Notes: generated by a model from the letters alone, not told the origin. A DNA stretch of 64,000 nt from Paraspadella gotoi (GCA_051294375.1 CM119271.1:14328770-14392769), one strand, 5' to 3'. Counted from the stretch's first letter, positions 1 through 14,924 are shown. A program made the numbers and translations.

Positions 1-281
1 TCATTTTATAAAACGAGACTTCTGTGACGATAAAAAGCTTACAAAGGTATGTTAAAAACCAAAACGTTGCCGAGTGTTTAAAATAAATAGAACATCAAAT
101 TTTATGAACCAAGCAATATTGTATTCTTTTAAAAATCATTCAAAAATATCACATTTAAAAGACTAGTTTAACATAAGAGTTTAACATAAGAGAAAAAGAA
201 AAAGTTTCCTAATCTGTTGACTAATTCTAACAAAAAACTAAATGTTCATACAATGAACGAAAGAAACTGACAATTAACTTA

Positions 282-998
282 CAGAAGGCTTCATATTATA
301 AAATGTGGTACCCTTTTTTGTGACCAGAACACGTTCCTAGAAAACTACTGAATAGAATTTAATGAAATTTTGCATGCGGAGTACCAGTAGTGATACAAAT
401 GGAACTATCGAGGCGAATTTTTATATTCCACCCCTAAACTGAGATAAGGGGCCCTAAGGGGGCAGCCCCTGAGGGCCACAAATAGTCAAAAATTTTTTTC
501 AAATTTTTTTATTATTTTTGTTTTAAACAGTTGGACTCCTCCACAAAAACGTATTTATTACCTCAAAAATATTCATTTACCTTAAGTTTTAGCTTCATGA
601 ACATCAGCAGTTAAAGTCAGATTTTTAATAATTTGGGAAAATTGGAAGTAAAACGATGAACCATGCAACTTTAACTATACTTAATTATTGCAAATTTATC
701 AATTTTAGTTCTAAAATGTTTTTTTCTTATGTTGAAAACGTCAATGCACCTGATGCTACTAAAAAATTTGGAAAAAAAAAAAAAAAAATTTAGCATTTTT
801 TGGCCCCCCAGGGGTCCACCCCCAGGGCCCTGTATCTCTTGTCAGGGGTTGAATATCAAAATTCGCCTCGATAGTTCCATTTATATAGTCATTAGCACTC
901 TAAATGTAAAATTTCATTAAATTCGATTGGGTAGTTTGGTGGGAACAGATTCTGGTAACAAAAAAGGGGTACTACATTTTATAATATGAAGCCTTCTG
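282..998. mobile_element. Non-autonomous Tc1/mariner-type DNA transposon (MITE) with ~200-bp imperfect TIRs
   Basis: Left end TA|CAGAAGGCTTCATATTATAAAATGTGGTACCCTTTTTTG mirrors right end CAAAAAAGGGGTACTACATTTTATAATATGAAGCCTTCTG|TA. Inverted similarity continues inward (AATGGAACTATCGAGGCGAATTT / AAATTCGCCTCGATAGTTCCATT). TA target duplication; no ORF. Confidence 0.85.
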
Positions 999-1118
999 TA
1001 TTTGGTAAGCTATTATATGAGGCAAAAATTAAGTTTTATAGCTTGGATTAAAATTCCATTTCTTGACGATAAGAAACGATCGAGTTTCTGGACGAAACGA
1101 GGCTTGAGAAAGGCATTG

Positions 1119-2795
<1,677 letters not shown>

Positions 2796-3309
2796 GGTTA
2801 TTGTCTCGGTTAGCAAAGATTAAAAGTTTATGAATTTTTTTTTCTTCTAAAAACTCGAAAAGGATAAAATGCTTTATAATTACGCGCTACAATTTTAAGC
2901 AACGATAATCGCTTATTATTTCAAAGTATTTTCAAATTCGGGAACCTTTAAAATCAAATAGCAGAGACCGTTGGCCGCACCAGCCGCAGTAACAGACTCG
3001 TCTAGTCGAAGCTGGAACACTGACCGACATTAAAACTGAATGACTAACGCGCTATCGCCGTTTTTTATTTAAAATTTAACTTTTCGAGAATTAATTAATT
3101 AATCCTATTAATTAATTAATCCTATCCTCATTCAGTATCCACTATCCCTATCCAGTATCTACTATACCTATCCAGTATCCAAGACAGAAAAAGGCCCATG
3201 TTCGAGGAAAGAATGATTTTTATACATGTTGGTCTTACTCTAAAGTTACTGAACTAACGGTTACCGTTACTTACCCCTGGACGTTTGAAGATGAATAGAT
3301 CATACATTA

Positions 3310-4071
3310 CTAATTCAGTGCACCATTATCATGAATAAACTTATTACTTAACAGTAAAACAATCAACGCCACAAACAAATGAAGCAACCACAACAAGAAC
3401 GACAACGTTTCCTTCGCACCAGCGACTTCTCCTCCTTTGAAGGAACGGATGTCGCCCTCCCTCAAATCGTCGATCTCGTCGTCGTCTTCGATCAAGATGG
3501 CGTCGTCGTCGTCGAGGCCGTTTCGACGATCCTCTTCGCCGAAGAGTTTCGACTCCTTTTTCGGGGAGGGGGAAGTGGAAGAGGATGCGGGGGACGGTCT
3601 TTTGCCCAAGAGCGAGGGGCGCGAGTTCAAAGGGAAATTGTTGAGAAAAACGTTTTCGGGGAAATGAGGAGGGGGAAGAGGAGGAGGAGGATGAGACTTT
3701 TCTTGAAGAGAAGAAGATGCGAGGTTGCAAGACAATTGGATGTCGTGGCCGGTGTTGCGGAGATCCCCAGAATTGTAGGCCTGCATGATGATGAGTGAGG
3801 AAGAGGTTATGGGGACTTGATGGAAAGATAAATTCCATAGTAACGTAAGCGAGAATATTTAGAAGAGATTTTAAAAAAAAAGTTAAATCACCCGACAAAG
3901 ATGATCATTGCCGACGAAGCGGCGGCCCTCGGTCGTCTCGACTAAGAGAAAGATGCCGGCGTCGGTGAGGGCGGCCAACTTCATCGCCGACTCCATCAAG
4001 ATGCTAGCGAAAGTCGTTTCCAGAGTCTGCAGCCGGGACATTAGCCCCATCAAACTCTGATAGGTATCCAT
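3310..4071 (-). CDS. Orphan protein with a degenerate MADS-box-like (helix-beta-beta) N-terminal module, 2 exons; 3' end uncertain
   Basis: Exon 1 (4071-3892) MDTYQS...TFASILMESAMKLAALTDAGIFLLVETTEGRRFVGNDHLCR splices in frame (GT 3891, AG 3781) to AYNSGDLRNTGHDIQL..., then a Pro/Ser/acidic low-complexity region. Resembles the SRF segment AYELSTLTGTQVLLLVASETG but lacks the basic N-terminus. Confidence 0.6.
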
Positions 4072-4850
4072 CGCTATGGTTTTATTTATAACGCTGCTCT
4101 AAGCTGAGATTCAAATAAGAGACTGTAAAATTAACTTTGCTTTTTCAGATGATTATGTTGATGAAGATGCTGTGGTCTGTCATAAAATCGACGACTTATC
4201 ATTCAAGGCGGAATACTTCCACCAAATTCGATCGTAATCAGGATTTTTACATATTTTTCTTTTTGATCTTTAATATTTCATTATCTTCAACGATCGCTAG
4301 AAAACGCTTCTCCTAAATTCCTCGAGTCCGATGTTTTTGGAGATATAGATACCATAAAATAGCATTTCATTCAATATACATACATGTATGACTGCTAAGT
4401 CCAAATATTATTACAAATACTTGATGCTACCTAGTTTTTTAAAAAATGTTATTGAAAGATAATTTAGTATTAAAACTAGCTGTCTTTTCCTAAAGTTAAA
4501 TAAACAAGCTCCATGAAAGGATATTAACTGAAGAATTGATATAATTAATAATTAAAAATAAAGTATACAAAGACATACAATTCCGGATTTACCTACGGAA
4601 ATAGCGGTAGTTAAAAAGAAGACAATGGTCAACGCGTTCAGACTCGATCGAGAAAAAAAAATCGACCGCAAAAATGAGGAGAAAAAAAAGATAGATAATA
4701 GATGCTACACTTATTAATGACTCGGACAAAACCAGCTATAACGAGATACAATTCTTCTACCGTAGCTACATTACGTAGGCCCTTCACCGCTCAACCTTTT
4801 TCCTTCTTTTAAATTATGTGTAAAAGAAAAACCATTCCGTGGCTCGACCT

Positions 4851-6829
4851 TCAAGCCATGAGCCAAGCATTGCTTCCGCTGATTACTTCGACGTCGTTTT
4901 CAACGATTTTCTTGACGAGGTCGCGATATTTGGTCAGGTTATCAACAGACGACGACTTTCCCGCCAAAACCCACTCGCCCGATTCGGCGTCGGCGAACGA
5001 TTCTAAAAACCAAAGCGATTGAGGTAATAATCTTGTTTGGCGTCACTTTTGGGTTCCGCTTTCCCTCCCTACCTTCCCTTACTTACTCCCTTCCCTTACT
5101 CACGACTCACCTTCCTCCTCCTTCTCCGCCATTTTTTCATCCGCCTTCTCCTTCTCCTCGTCGTCTTCCTTCTTTTCCTTCTTGCAGTTGACATCGCGAA
5201 GGCAATGACCGAAACTGTCGCAGGTTTCATTGGCCAGACAAAGTGAGGACAACTGCTTCCGTTCCGCCTCGATCCCGCGTATCAGCCAAAGAGAGGGATC
5301 ATCAGCGAGCCCGATCCCGCCGGCGGGGCCGCGACCGAACGGCGACGTCAACCTCGCCGTTATGGAATCCTGGTCTCGTCGAGGGGAAGCGGAAAGGAGC
5401 CAATCGGATTCGCGGATTTGGGATCGAATAAAGCGACCGGTAGAAAAAGAGGAGAAACTCTCTTCTTCATTAAAGAGCCACTCATTTACGTTAGACTCTT
5501 TGTTTTTGTTATGATTGGTAAGAGCTGGTGACTTTCTGTTCTCCCCTAAAAACACCCTCGCTCTTCCACCTCTCGGTTTCAACAACCAATCCGAGACCAG
5601 CTTGGACGGCGAACCCGACGCCGCTCTATCGACGCCTCGGCGTCCTGGAGACAACGATGGAGCATCTCCGGCGATGCAGGATAGGGCATCGAGGTTTTCG
5701 ATCTCCATGGCGACGGCCTCTGGCAGGGCGCGGCAACGAGAGGTGCAGGCGCCGATGTGGCGGTGATGAACATCGCGCGGCGTCGATGCCAAAGATTTCT
5801 GCGGCAACAGCCAATCGTCGACGGCGCCTCTCACGGATCGAGGCGGCGACGAAGGCGGCGGCAAATTTTTAGCGGAAATCAGCCAATCATCGGCCAACGA
5901 TCGAAAAAGCGACTCCATGTGATCGGAGAAAAAAGCAATGGCCGCTTCGCCATCCGTAGATGGATGCAACCATCTCTCCCAACCGGCGTCGGCCTCTTCA
6001 TCATCCTCAACGATCGGCGCTTCCTCCATCTTATCATCATCGACGTCCGGCGTCGGCAACCAACGGCGCCAATCGCGAGGGAATCGAGACTCGTCGAAGA
6101 ACTCGATCAGCGGCGTCGCGGGGGCGGAATTGGCAGAGGCGCTGCTGGCGGCGTCGAGCCAATCGGAGGCGTTGACGGTGGCGTCGAGGTAGGCGTGTCC
6201 GAGCGGGACCGAGGCGGCCTCCTTTTGAGCTACGATAGGGCGGCGCGGCGAGGCGGCGCCGCTTTCGTCGTCCAAAACGCTGAAATCTGAGGAAGAAAAA
6301 GATCCGACGCTATCACTTCGACGATGCATCTTGAAAGGTGAGGCAGCCTGAATGAAGTTATTTAATTAGAATATCATTCATTAACTGGCAAATTTTTGCC
6401 AGTAATTGCCAATTGCCTTTTTTTCGCCAAAATAGTCGATGGCATCGCAAAGCGGACGAAACCCTTCCTCCACGGAGCGCTTGAGGGAATCCAGCTCAGC
6501 GACGTCGTCTTCCACCATCAATGTCGCAGGATACTCCATAATCGATTCCATCTTGGCGTGTTCCAGAAATTCAACCTGGTTTTGAACGATATAAATACTA
6601 GTAACAAGTATAATAGCTTGAATTTTTATATATTTAAATGAATGTACTACTAAAACGCACGACCCTTCCCAACCTGATCGAGAAGAAAGGTTTCCCTGGA
6701 TCTAAGATGCTCGTGCAGACGGCAGGCGGCGTCGCGGACGCAACTCTTGACGACGGACGAGTTGCGCCAGAGAGACGCCTGACGGCGGATCACCTCGTCA
6801 ACCGGGACAAGCCGTGACTGCGACGACAT
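4851..6829 (-). CDS. NCOA4: Nuclear receptor coactivator 4 (ARA70 domain; ferritinophagy receptor family)
   Basis: N-terminal CVRDAACRLHEHLRSRETFLLDQ|VEFLEHAK matches the ARA70 motif (LRSREVWL.EQV). Also EIENLDALSC, CLANETCDSFGHCLRDVNC and about ten (D/E/S)WL repeats; ends SNAWLMA*. Confidence 0.85.
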
Positions 6830-7192
6830 CTTTAGCAGGGGTCAAGTCCATCCAAATATAAACAAAAACCGGAGTTTAACTAGCCTTTCAATCTAAAATA
6901 AAAACAAAAATCAACAAAAAAAATTGATAAAACGGACGTATTAATATACTCCTCTTGATCAATCAACAAAAATCAGTAGTAACAATTGATTGGAGATTGC
7001 AAAAACTAAAAAAAACGTTTCAATTCTAAATATACCACTGATTATACCAATGGATAATTGGATATGCTACTTGAGCCCCGAATCTAAGACTAATGTATAA
7101 AATAAATTTCGACTATGAAAAGGCAATGATCAAACAAAAACCTCCGGCTCATTGAAATAGGTGCGACTTCCAACAAACACAAACTCGACACG

Positions 7193-9324
7193 TCAGCCGC
7201 CGCCGTCGCCGCCGCCGCGGACGCTTTTTTCTTCGGCGTTCTCTTGATGTTGTAGTGAACAAATCTTGACGTGCTGATTGAGGTTGCTCCTATCGTTGAA
7301 GGTCCGTCCGCACTGGGCGCACGAATAATCCCGCCTACACTCGTGAATAGCGCGTACGTGTTTCTTGAGGTTGTCCTTAAGAGAGAATTTTCTGTCGCAG
7401 TGCGGACAGACAAAGTCCTGAACTCGATCGTGCACAATGCGAACGTGGTTGCGACGGTAGCATTCCTTGCCGAAGGCCTTGCCACAAATATCGCAGGTAA
7501 AATCCTTGATCTTGTCGTGGATGGCTTTTTTGTGGTCGGCGAGGACGGCGGCGTACTTGAAGCGCTTTTGACAAAGTTGGCACTCGAAAGGGCGGAGGTT
7601 GCGGTGGACGCCCTCTACGTGTTTGGACAGTTTGGGGTGGTTCTCAAATGTTTTGTCACACTGATTGCATTTGAGCCACTCATCTTCTGGACGTTTTTCG
7701 TGGACCTGGGTTTGAGAAGAGAGATTGTAATAGGAAAGACAAAGAAATTTAACTTGACAACAGAAGAAATCTTAAATTTAACTGTTAATATAGCAGGGAT
7801 GCTATGTTATAATATCACATTAATATCACATCCTCATAATCCACCAACCCACCGATTTGAGATGCATGTACATCGACTTGGCCAAGATCTTCTTTCCGCA
7901 CAATCTGCAAGAATCGGTGACCTTAAGGTGAACCATCTGATAGTGTTGTTGCAAGTAGTGCTTCAGTTTGAAAGCTTTGCCGCAATCGCCACAAACGTGA
8001 CGCCTCTCGGTCCCTTCATCGTGGGCGGTGGCCAAGTGTCGCCGCAAATTTCCTTTGAGCACAAAGGTTTTGGCGCAGACGTGACAGGTGTGGTCCCGCC
8101 TCTTGTCGTGCACCACCCAGATGTGGTTCTTAAGGCTGCCCGAGGCGTAAAAGCCGAAACCGCAGAGCGGGCAAATGTAGTTCTTGATGTTGAGGTGGAC
8201 GGCTTGGTGGTGGCGTTTGAGGAGCTGCTTCAGGGCGAACGACTGAGAGGACGATGGATTTGAGAGAAAAAGATGTAACGAAAAATAACAACGACAAAAT
8301 CAAGATAAAGCAAGGAAACCTTATCGCATTCGCAGCAAGGGAACTTCTTTTCCTTCTCGTGCCGTTCCTTGACATGAAGTCGCAAATCGGCGCGGGAAGA
8401 AAAAGTGGCGCCGCAGAGATCGCACGATGCATTGGCGAGGTGATGGTGCAAAATGTGACGCCGTAGACTGGCCAACTGGGAAAAGGATTTGCGGCAAGAG
8501 GAGCAAGGGAAGTCGGAGGCCGCGTGGGCGGATTCGTCGTCGTTCTTGTCGTCTTTCTTGTCGTCGTCACCGTGATTATCGCAGAAATGGTTCTCGAGAT
8601 TCGAGGCCAAATAAAATCCTCGATTACATCGAGAGCAGAAATGTTTCTTGGTTTTGAGGTGGAGGCTCTCGCGGTGTCGATCCAGGAAAACTCGGCGAGT
8701 GAAGATTCTGCCGCAATCGAGACATTCGTGACTTCGCTTGAAGCCCTGAGGCCTGCGTTCTGAACGAATCCGAGGAGGAAGAGAAGTTGTTATTGACGTT
8801 GTTGTTGTTTTAGTGGAGTTTTCGTCAATTAGACGAAGATTATCGGTCAATTCATCCTTGTTCGACACATTTTGAAGGACTGTCGAAGGCTCATCGAGAA
8901 TAATGAATTCCGAATCCAATTCATCAATGGCGTTGGGTGTTGCGCTCAAAGGTTCCACCGACGCAGCGTCAACGAGCGTCGCTACCGAAGAAGAAACTTC
9001 TCCTTCGTCGCCGATGCCCGGCGCCGAATACCCGAGGAGTAGTTTCGTCGGCATCGGGGAGGAATCGTCGTTTCTCCAATCAACGGCGTCAAAAGTTTCG
9101 ACCTTAAAGTGGTCATCGTCGAAGGTGGCGTCGCCGTTGTCTTCCAGCCGCAAATCAAAGGCATCGATGCGGACGGCGCCCTTGAAGGATTCGCCTTTGA
9201 GGATCCAGAGTTTCTGCTGCGACGGAGTTTCGACGCCGAGAACGAAGTTGGCGGAAGCGGCGCCGGCGATTGCACGGAGGGAGGAGATCGTCTCGAGAAA
9301 ACGCGCCTGCGCGAACGACGTCAT
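7193..9324 (-). CDS. Multi-C2H2 zinc-finger protein, copy A (terminal +1 frameshift relative to copy B)
   Basis: Many CxxC-x12-HxxxxH fingers (CLDCGRIFTRRVFLDRHRESLH, CSSCRKSFSQLASLRRHILHHH, CHVCAKTFVLKGNLRRHLATAH, CAQCGRTFNDRSNLNQH) over 3 exons. N-terminal module LETISSLRAIAGAASANFVLGVETPSQQKLWIL. Start ATG uncertain. Confidence 0.85.
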
Positions 9325-9597
9325 GGCAACCAACGCATCGTTTTTAGTTTTTACATCCGAAAATTTTAAGGGCGGTTGGAGCCATTTTATGAGCTATTTT
9401 GAAAAAATATTGGAATATTGAATAAGATTATAAACACGGGACAGATGGAACATGCGCTCATTGTTTTCGCGCTAAATAAAAGGAAAGGAGAGAAGAGCGG
9501 TGACCGGACGGTATTAATATGATATAATAATATAATATAAATAAAAGATGGCTACTAATCTGCAAATTCGAGAAAAAGAAATTCTGCAATGGTAATT

Positions 9598-11601
9598 TTT
9601 AATTCATTTATGGAATATTAATTCTATATCGGTCCGCCTCGCCACGAAATGCTCTTTTGTTCGCGGTAGTCGATAGATCGCGCGTTTATCAGAGTAAGAA
9701 AAATGAACAAAATAACATTGAGAGATGCAAAAAAGAAAAACCAGGGAATGCCATCACATGACCGGCATCGACCAATGGAAGCCCGCCGAATCCTCCTCGG
9801 GCTCCCTCTCCCTAATCCGGGCTTTGATCTTGTCAATCGTCTCCTGAAGAACCCGGAGGACGCCCCAAGCGACGCCCTGTAGAGAAACCGGAAGACGGTC
9901 CTACGCGCGCCAGGCCGAACTCCAGCGTGAAGGAAGACGCCGAGATCCACTCCGCGACGTCGATCCCGGAAACTTCAAGACCTCCGAGAAGAGATCCCCG
10001 AAGAGAGCGAAGCGCCACGTCAAGGGTCGACGGAAGGCAGAGCGGGGCGCAGAAAAGAAAATCGTGCGGCGGCGTAAAATCCAAATGGAGAACGAGCGCC
10101 GTCGTCTGAACCGGGCAGCGATCCGAGAGCGGTAAAACATCAAGACGCCCAGAAGCCCGATCCTGACGGTCTAAAAAACGTTGATGGAACCAAACGCAAG
10201 ACTGCCGCTGAGGAAGGTGGCCCGCGTCGCAGCGAAGAGAAAAACACTGAAGGGCGACATACCGATGCTAGAGCGACGAAGAAGCGCGAGCGTCGGAGAA
10301 AATCGCCTGGCGCGACCGGAAGTGGCGTCGTGTCGAAGCGTAAAACTGAGGCCGCAACCAGGGAGGAAGTGTAAGAGATACATTCTTAGAATAATACTAA
10401 ATGAGATTGAGATTTCATCAATCTCATTTGCATATAGTAGTAAATCATTTTATGTGCAATTGATTTTTGTACTGTAATATTTTTAGGCATATATTTGGAT
10501 TTTATATTACTTTTCTATATTGTTTAGTAGTTTAATTGATTCATAGATAATTTTGTTATAATTTGATAGATTAATTATGTCATTAATGATTGAGAGTTTA
10601 TCTCTATCCTGGCTGACCTTTTCATAACTCATAAATACTTTATTATTCAAAGGTGAAATCAATGGTCAGCTTGGATCAAGGGAAGTACTCTCATGTTAGA
10701 GTCCCATATCTCTGAAGTCCTTGCTCAATGTATTAAGTGTTGAATAGTTGTATTAAATAAACAATAATTATAATAATAAAGATAAATTATGTTTCTATTT
10801 GTATTTAGTTATTTAGCTATTGTAATAAATCTCAGGTAAACTAGAAAGGCAGCGTGAGCACTATCACTGAAGATATAAGTAACAAATAATATATAATTCA
10901 TAACCTGAGTCCCACTCCTATAGAAGAATTCCGAGGTGAGGGAGTGCATCTCTCAAGGACCCCCTTGAGAAGATGCCGGTCCAAGGGGCGCTCTCCAACC
11001 GGCGCTCCCTTCAGGGAGAGTCGCTAGGATTGCTGATCCGTGAAGGTTGATCGAGCTGTCGACGAGACCCTTCTCGTGAAACTACCCGTGGAAGCGCAGG
11101 ACGTCTTCAGGAGAGTCTTCAGACCCTTGAGCCACTCTATCCCGAAGGAAGACGTCAGCCAAAACGCCCAACTCCCGTGAAGCGCTCCCCGTTAGATCTC
11201 TCCAGCATCGGCACTTTGTGGGACCGAAGACGCGTAAACTGAGGCGAGACCGCTTGGCGGTCTGGGGCGGACACCGTCTGAGAGGGGCCGCCCTCTGGAG
11301 TCGGAACAGCTTGGAAATAGCTTGGAAGGAGATCGAAGCGAGTCAGAGCGGCGAAGCGTAGTGGAGAAAAACCGGACCGATATGGAATTGTCACATGTAA
11401 AAAAACCTAAGAGGTAAACAAATTAGGGCGAGGAAATAAAGGAAAAACTCCCGAACCCCCCCCTCCCTTCTCCCCCAACCCCCTTCCCTACGCCACGCCA
11501 AAGCCACAAAAAAAAAAAAAATGGTAGGAGACAAAGGGGCGGACGGTGAGATCGTGGCGAGGCGGACCGATATAGAATTAATATTCCATAGAGGAATTAA
11601 A
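9598..11601. mobile_element. TIR DNA element 1 (AATT-flanked, Sola1-like TSD), non-autonomous, inserted upstream of zinc-finger copy A
   Basis: TIRs TTTAATTCATTTATGGAATATTAATTCTATATCGGTCCGCCTCGCCACGA / TCGTGGCGAGGCGGACCGATATAGAATTAATATTCCATAGAGGAATTAAA, flanked by AATT. The paralogous site in copy C (~16315-16335, GCAATGGCAATTGCGGG) is empty. No transposase recognised. Confidence 0.75.
10370..10884 (+). repeat. AT-rich dispersed repeat beginning TGTAAGAGAT (possible solo LTR) nested in element 1
   Basis: Same 5' end and AAATGAGATTGA-n-TCAATCTCATTT hairpin as the copies at 32510-32632 (-) and 54460-54583 (+). Contains AATAAA and a candidate ...GTAACA end at 10884; no TSD seen. Confidence 0.5.
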
Positions 11602-11605
11602 AATT

Positions 11606-12595
11606 CTCATATCGGTCCGCCTCACCACGAAATGCCCCATGCCATGAAAGCGGTTATTTCAACAAAAATATTTCTATCGAAAAAGACGAAATAAAAAAAT
11701 TTGAAAATTTCCAAAAAAAGAAAAAGAAATAGAGAAACAAAAAGAAGACGAGGCGTTCAAAAAAAACGAGCTAAAATCCACTACGCCCCCAACGGGTAAC
11801 AACTCACCGCTAGAGAGCGTCAAGACGCTGGAAAGACTCGCGTAGAAAATGTCGAAATCCTTCATCCAAGCTGTTTAATGACGAGATCATCGTCGTGTGG
11901 ACAGACTCCAGTCCTCTGGCCCGGACAGAAGGCGCGGCTGCCTGTCCCGACCGGCCGCCACTTGGCCCGACAGCGGTGTAAGCAGCTGATGCGGGCGAAA
12001 CCCCCACTGCTCGGCCGGGCAACGGAACTGTAGGTTGGTACGGGCCGAGCCCCCTAAAACTGATGGAATCGGGCTGCAGAAAACCAAGGTTATAGGGGAG
12101 AGAAGGCAGTGGGGGCGGTGGCGGCACCGCTCAGGTCCTTTGACCTCTCATATCCCACTGAGGGATCTCCATTCCCTCCCTACGACCCAGAGACTGTCCG
12201 AACGTGTACGGTAGACGGGCCCCCTGCCCGAACGTTCGTCTCTGTTATAACTTAAAAATTGTTATATTGGTTGAACCAATTTTATATATATGAGTGGATT
12301 TCAGTCGTAGAAACCATGAAAAAATTCGAGAAATTCACGAAAAATCGTGAAAAACTCGAGAAAACGTGATAAAAAACGCGAAATCTAAACGGTAAGAACC
12401 GAACTCGATGAGCGTGAAAAAAAGATTGACGAGATCAAAGCCCGGATGAGGGAGCCCGAGGAGGATTCGGCGGGCTTCCATTGGTCGATGCATCTCTCGA
12501 TGTTATTTTGTTCGTTTTTCTTACTCTGATAAACGCACGATCTATCGACTACCGCGAACAAAAGGGCATTTTGTGGCAAGCCGGACCGATATGAG
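11606..12595. mobile_element. TIR DNA element 2 of the same family, opposite orientation, AATT TSD
   Basis: AATT|CTCATATCGGTCCGCCTCACCACGAAATGCCC ... GGGCATTTTGTGGCAAGCCGGACCGATATGAG|AATT. Its right ~170 bp (12424-12595) is the reverse complement of element 1's left end (9624-9838). Confidence 0.8.
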
Positions 12596-12685
12596 AATTG
12601 CAGGTTTTCAATGCTAACTAACACTATTTTTTTAAACGATTTTAATTTTCTCTTTTTGCTNNNNNNNNNNNNNNNNNNNNNNNNN

Positions 12686-13575
12686 GCTATATTAACAGTT
12701 AAATTTAAGATTTCTTCTGTTATCAAGTTAATTTTCTTTGTCTTTCCTATTACAATCTCTCCTCTCAAACCTAGGTCCACGAAAAACGTCCAGATGATGA
12801 GTGGCTCAAATGCGATCAGTGCGACAAAACATTCGAGAACCACCCAAAACTGTCCAAACACGTAGAGGGCGTCCACCGCAAACTACGCCATTTCGAGTGC
12901 CAACTTTGTCAAAAGCGCTTCAAGTACGCCGCTGTCCTCGCCTACCACAAAAAAGCCGTCCATGACAAGATCAAGGATTTTGCCTGCGATATTTGTGGCA
13001 AGGCCTTCGGCAAGGAATGCTACCTTCGCAACCACGTGCGCATTGTGCACGAGCGAGTTCAGGACTTTGTCTGTCCGCTCTGCGACAGAAAATTCTCTGT
13101 TAAGTACAACCTCAGGAAACACGTACGCGCTATTCACGAGCGTAAGCAGGATTATTCGTGTGCCCAGTGCGGACGGACCTTCAATGATAGGAGCAACCTC
13201 AATCAGCACGTCAAGATCGTTCACTACAACATCAAGAGAATGCCGAAGAAAAAAGTGTCCGCGGCGGCAGCTGTTGCTGACGAGCAGGTTCAGGACTTTG
13301 TCTGTCCGCACTGCGACAAAAAATTCTCTGTTAAGTACAACCTCAAGAAACACGTACGCGCTATTCACGAGCGTAGGCGGGATTATTCGTGTGCCCAGTG
13401 CGGACGTACCTTCAACGATAGGAGCAACCTCAATCAGCACGTCAAGATCGTTCACTACAACATCAAGAGAACGCCGAAGAAAAAAGCGTCCGCGGCGGCG
13501 GCTGCTGCTGACGTGTCGAGTTTGTCTTGGTTAGAACTCGCACATATTTCAATTGAGCCGGAGGTTTTTGTTTGA
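12686..13575 (+). pseudogene. Inverted 3' fragment (last exon plus part of the preceding intron) of the C2H2 zinc-finger gene, copy B
   Basis: Near-identical reverse complement of 14037-14924. Open ORF RIVHERVQDFVCPLCDRKF...IEPEVFV*. The 5' part is absent and the copy begins at an N gap. Confidence 0.7.
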
Positions 13576-14924
13576 TCATTGCCTTTTCTATTTAATAGTC
13601 AAAATCGATTTTTTACATTTTAGTCTTAAATTAATTTCGGGCTCAAGTAGCATATCCATCGCTTCAGAGCAAGACTTCTACGACGATTCCGAGTGAGGAA
13701 ACGGGTGTATCGCATGTCTATTTTGAAAGCATTCAACAGATGAAAATTTTTATTTTACTTGCGAGGCGGACTTTACTCGATATCTACGGGACCATCTTTT
13801 CGAGACATCTATATGTTGAAATTATAAATGATGTCCTGTGTAATTGGATCGCAAGTAAAATAAAAATTTTCATCTGTTGAATGCTTTCAAAATAGACATG
13901 CGATACACCTGTTTCCTCACTCGGAATCGTCGTAGAAGTCTTGCTCTGAAGCGATGGATATGCTACTTGAGCCCCGAAATTAATTTAAGACTAAAATGTA
14001 AAAAATCGATTTTGACTATTAAATAGAAAAGGCAATGATCAAACAAAAAACCTCCGCTTCAATTGAAATATGTGCGAGTTCAACCAAGACAAACTCGACA
14101 CGTCAGCAGCAGCCGCCGCCGCGGACGCTTTTTTCTTCGGCGTTCTCTTGATGTTGTAGTGAAGTGACGTGCTGATTGAGGTTGCTCCTATCGTTGAAGG
14201 TACGTCCGCACTGGGCACACGAATAATCCCGCCTACGCTCGTGAATAGCGCGTACGTGTTTCTTGAGGTTGTACTTAACAGAGAATTTTTTGTCGCAGTG
14301 CGGACAGACAAAGTCCTGAACCTGCTCGTCAGCAACAGCTGCCGCCGCGGACACTTTTTTCTTCGGCATTCTCTTGATGTTGTAGTGAACGATCTTGACG
14401 TGCTGATTGAGGTTGCTCCTATCATTGAAGGTCCGTCCGCACTGGGCACACGAATAATCCTGCTTACGCTCGTGAATAGCGCGTACGTGTTTCCTGAGGT
14501 TGTACTTAACAGAGAATTTTCTGTCGCAGAGCGGACAGACAAAGTCCTGAACTCGCTCGTGCACAATGCGCACGTGGTTGCGAAGGTAGCATTCCTTGCC
14601 GAAGGCCTTGCCACAAATATCGCAGGCAAAATCCTTGATCTTGTCATGGACGGCTTTTTTGTGGTAGGCGAGGACAGCGGCGTACTTGAAGCGCTTTTGA
14701 CAAAGTTGGCACTCGAAATGGCGTAGTTTGCGGTGGACGCCCTCTACGTGTTTGGACAGTTTTGGGTGGTTCTCGAATGTTTTGTCGCACTGATCGCATT
14801 TGAGCCACTCATCATCTGGACGTTTTTCGTGGACCTAGGTTTGAGAGGAGAGATTGTAATAGGAAAGACAAAGAAAATTAACTTGATAACAGAAGAAATC
14901 TTAAATTTAACTGTTAATATAGCA
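12686..14924. repeat. Long palindrome: ~1.08 kb arms (12686-13764 and 13849-14924) with an ~84-bp spacer
   Basis: Left arm ends TATTTTACTTGCGA; right arm begins TCGCAAGTAAAATA. Arms differ by only a few substitutions and indels. The spacer region is also found inverted at ~16410-16557. Confidence 0.9.

Noticed and set aside
7271-8263. Long plus-strand ORFs (e.g. 330 aa here, 20833-21627, 48198-49004)
   Set aside because: These are antisense shadows of GC-rich minus-strand exons with no recognisable motifs.
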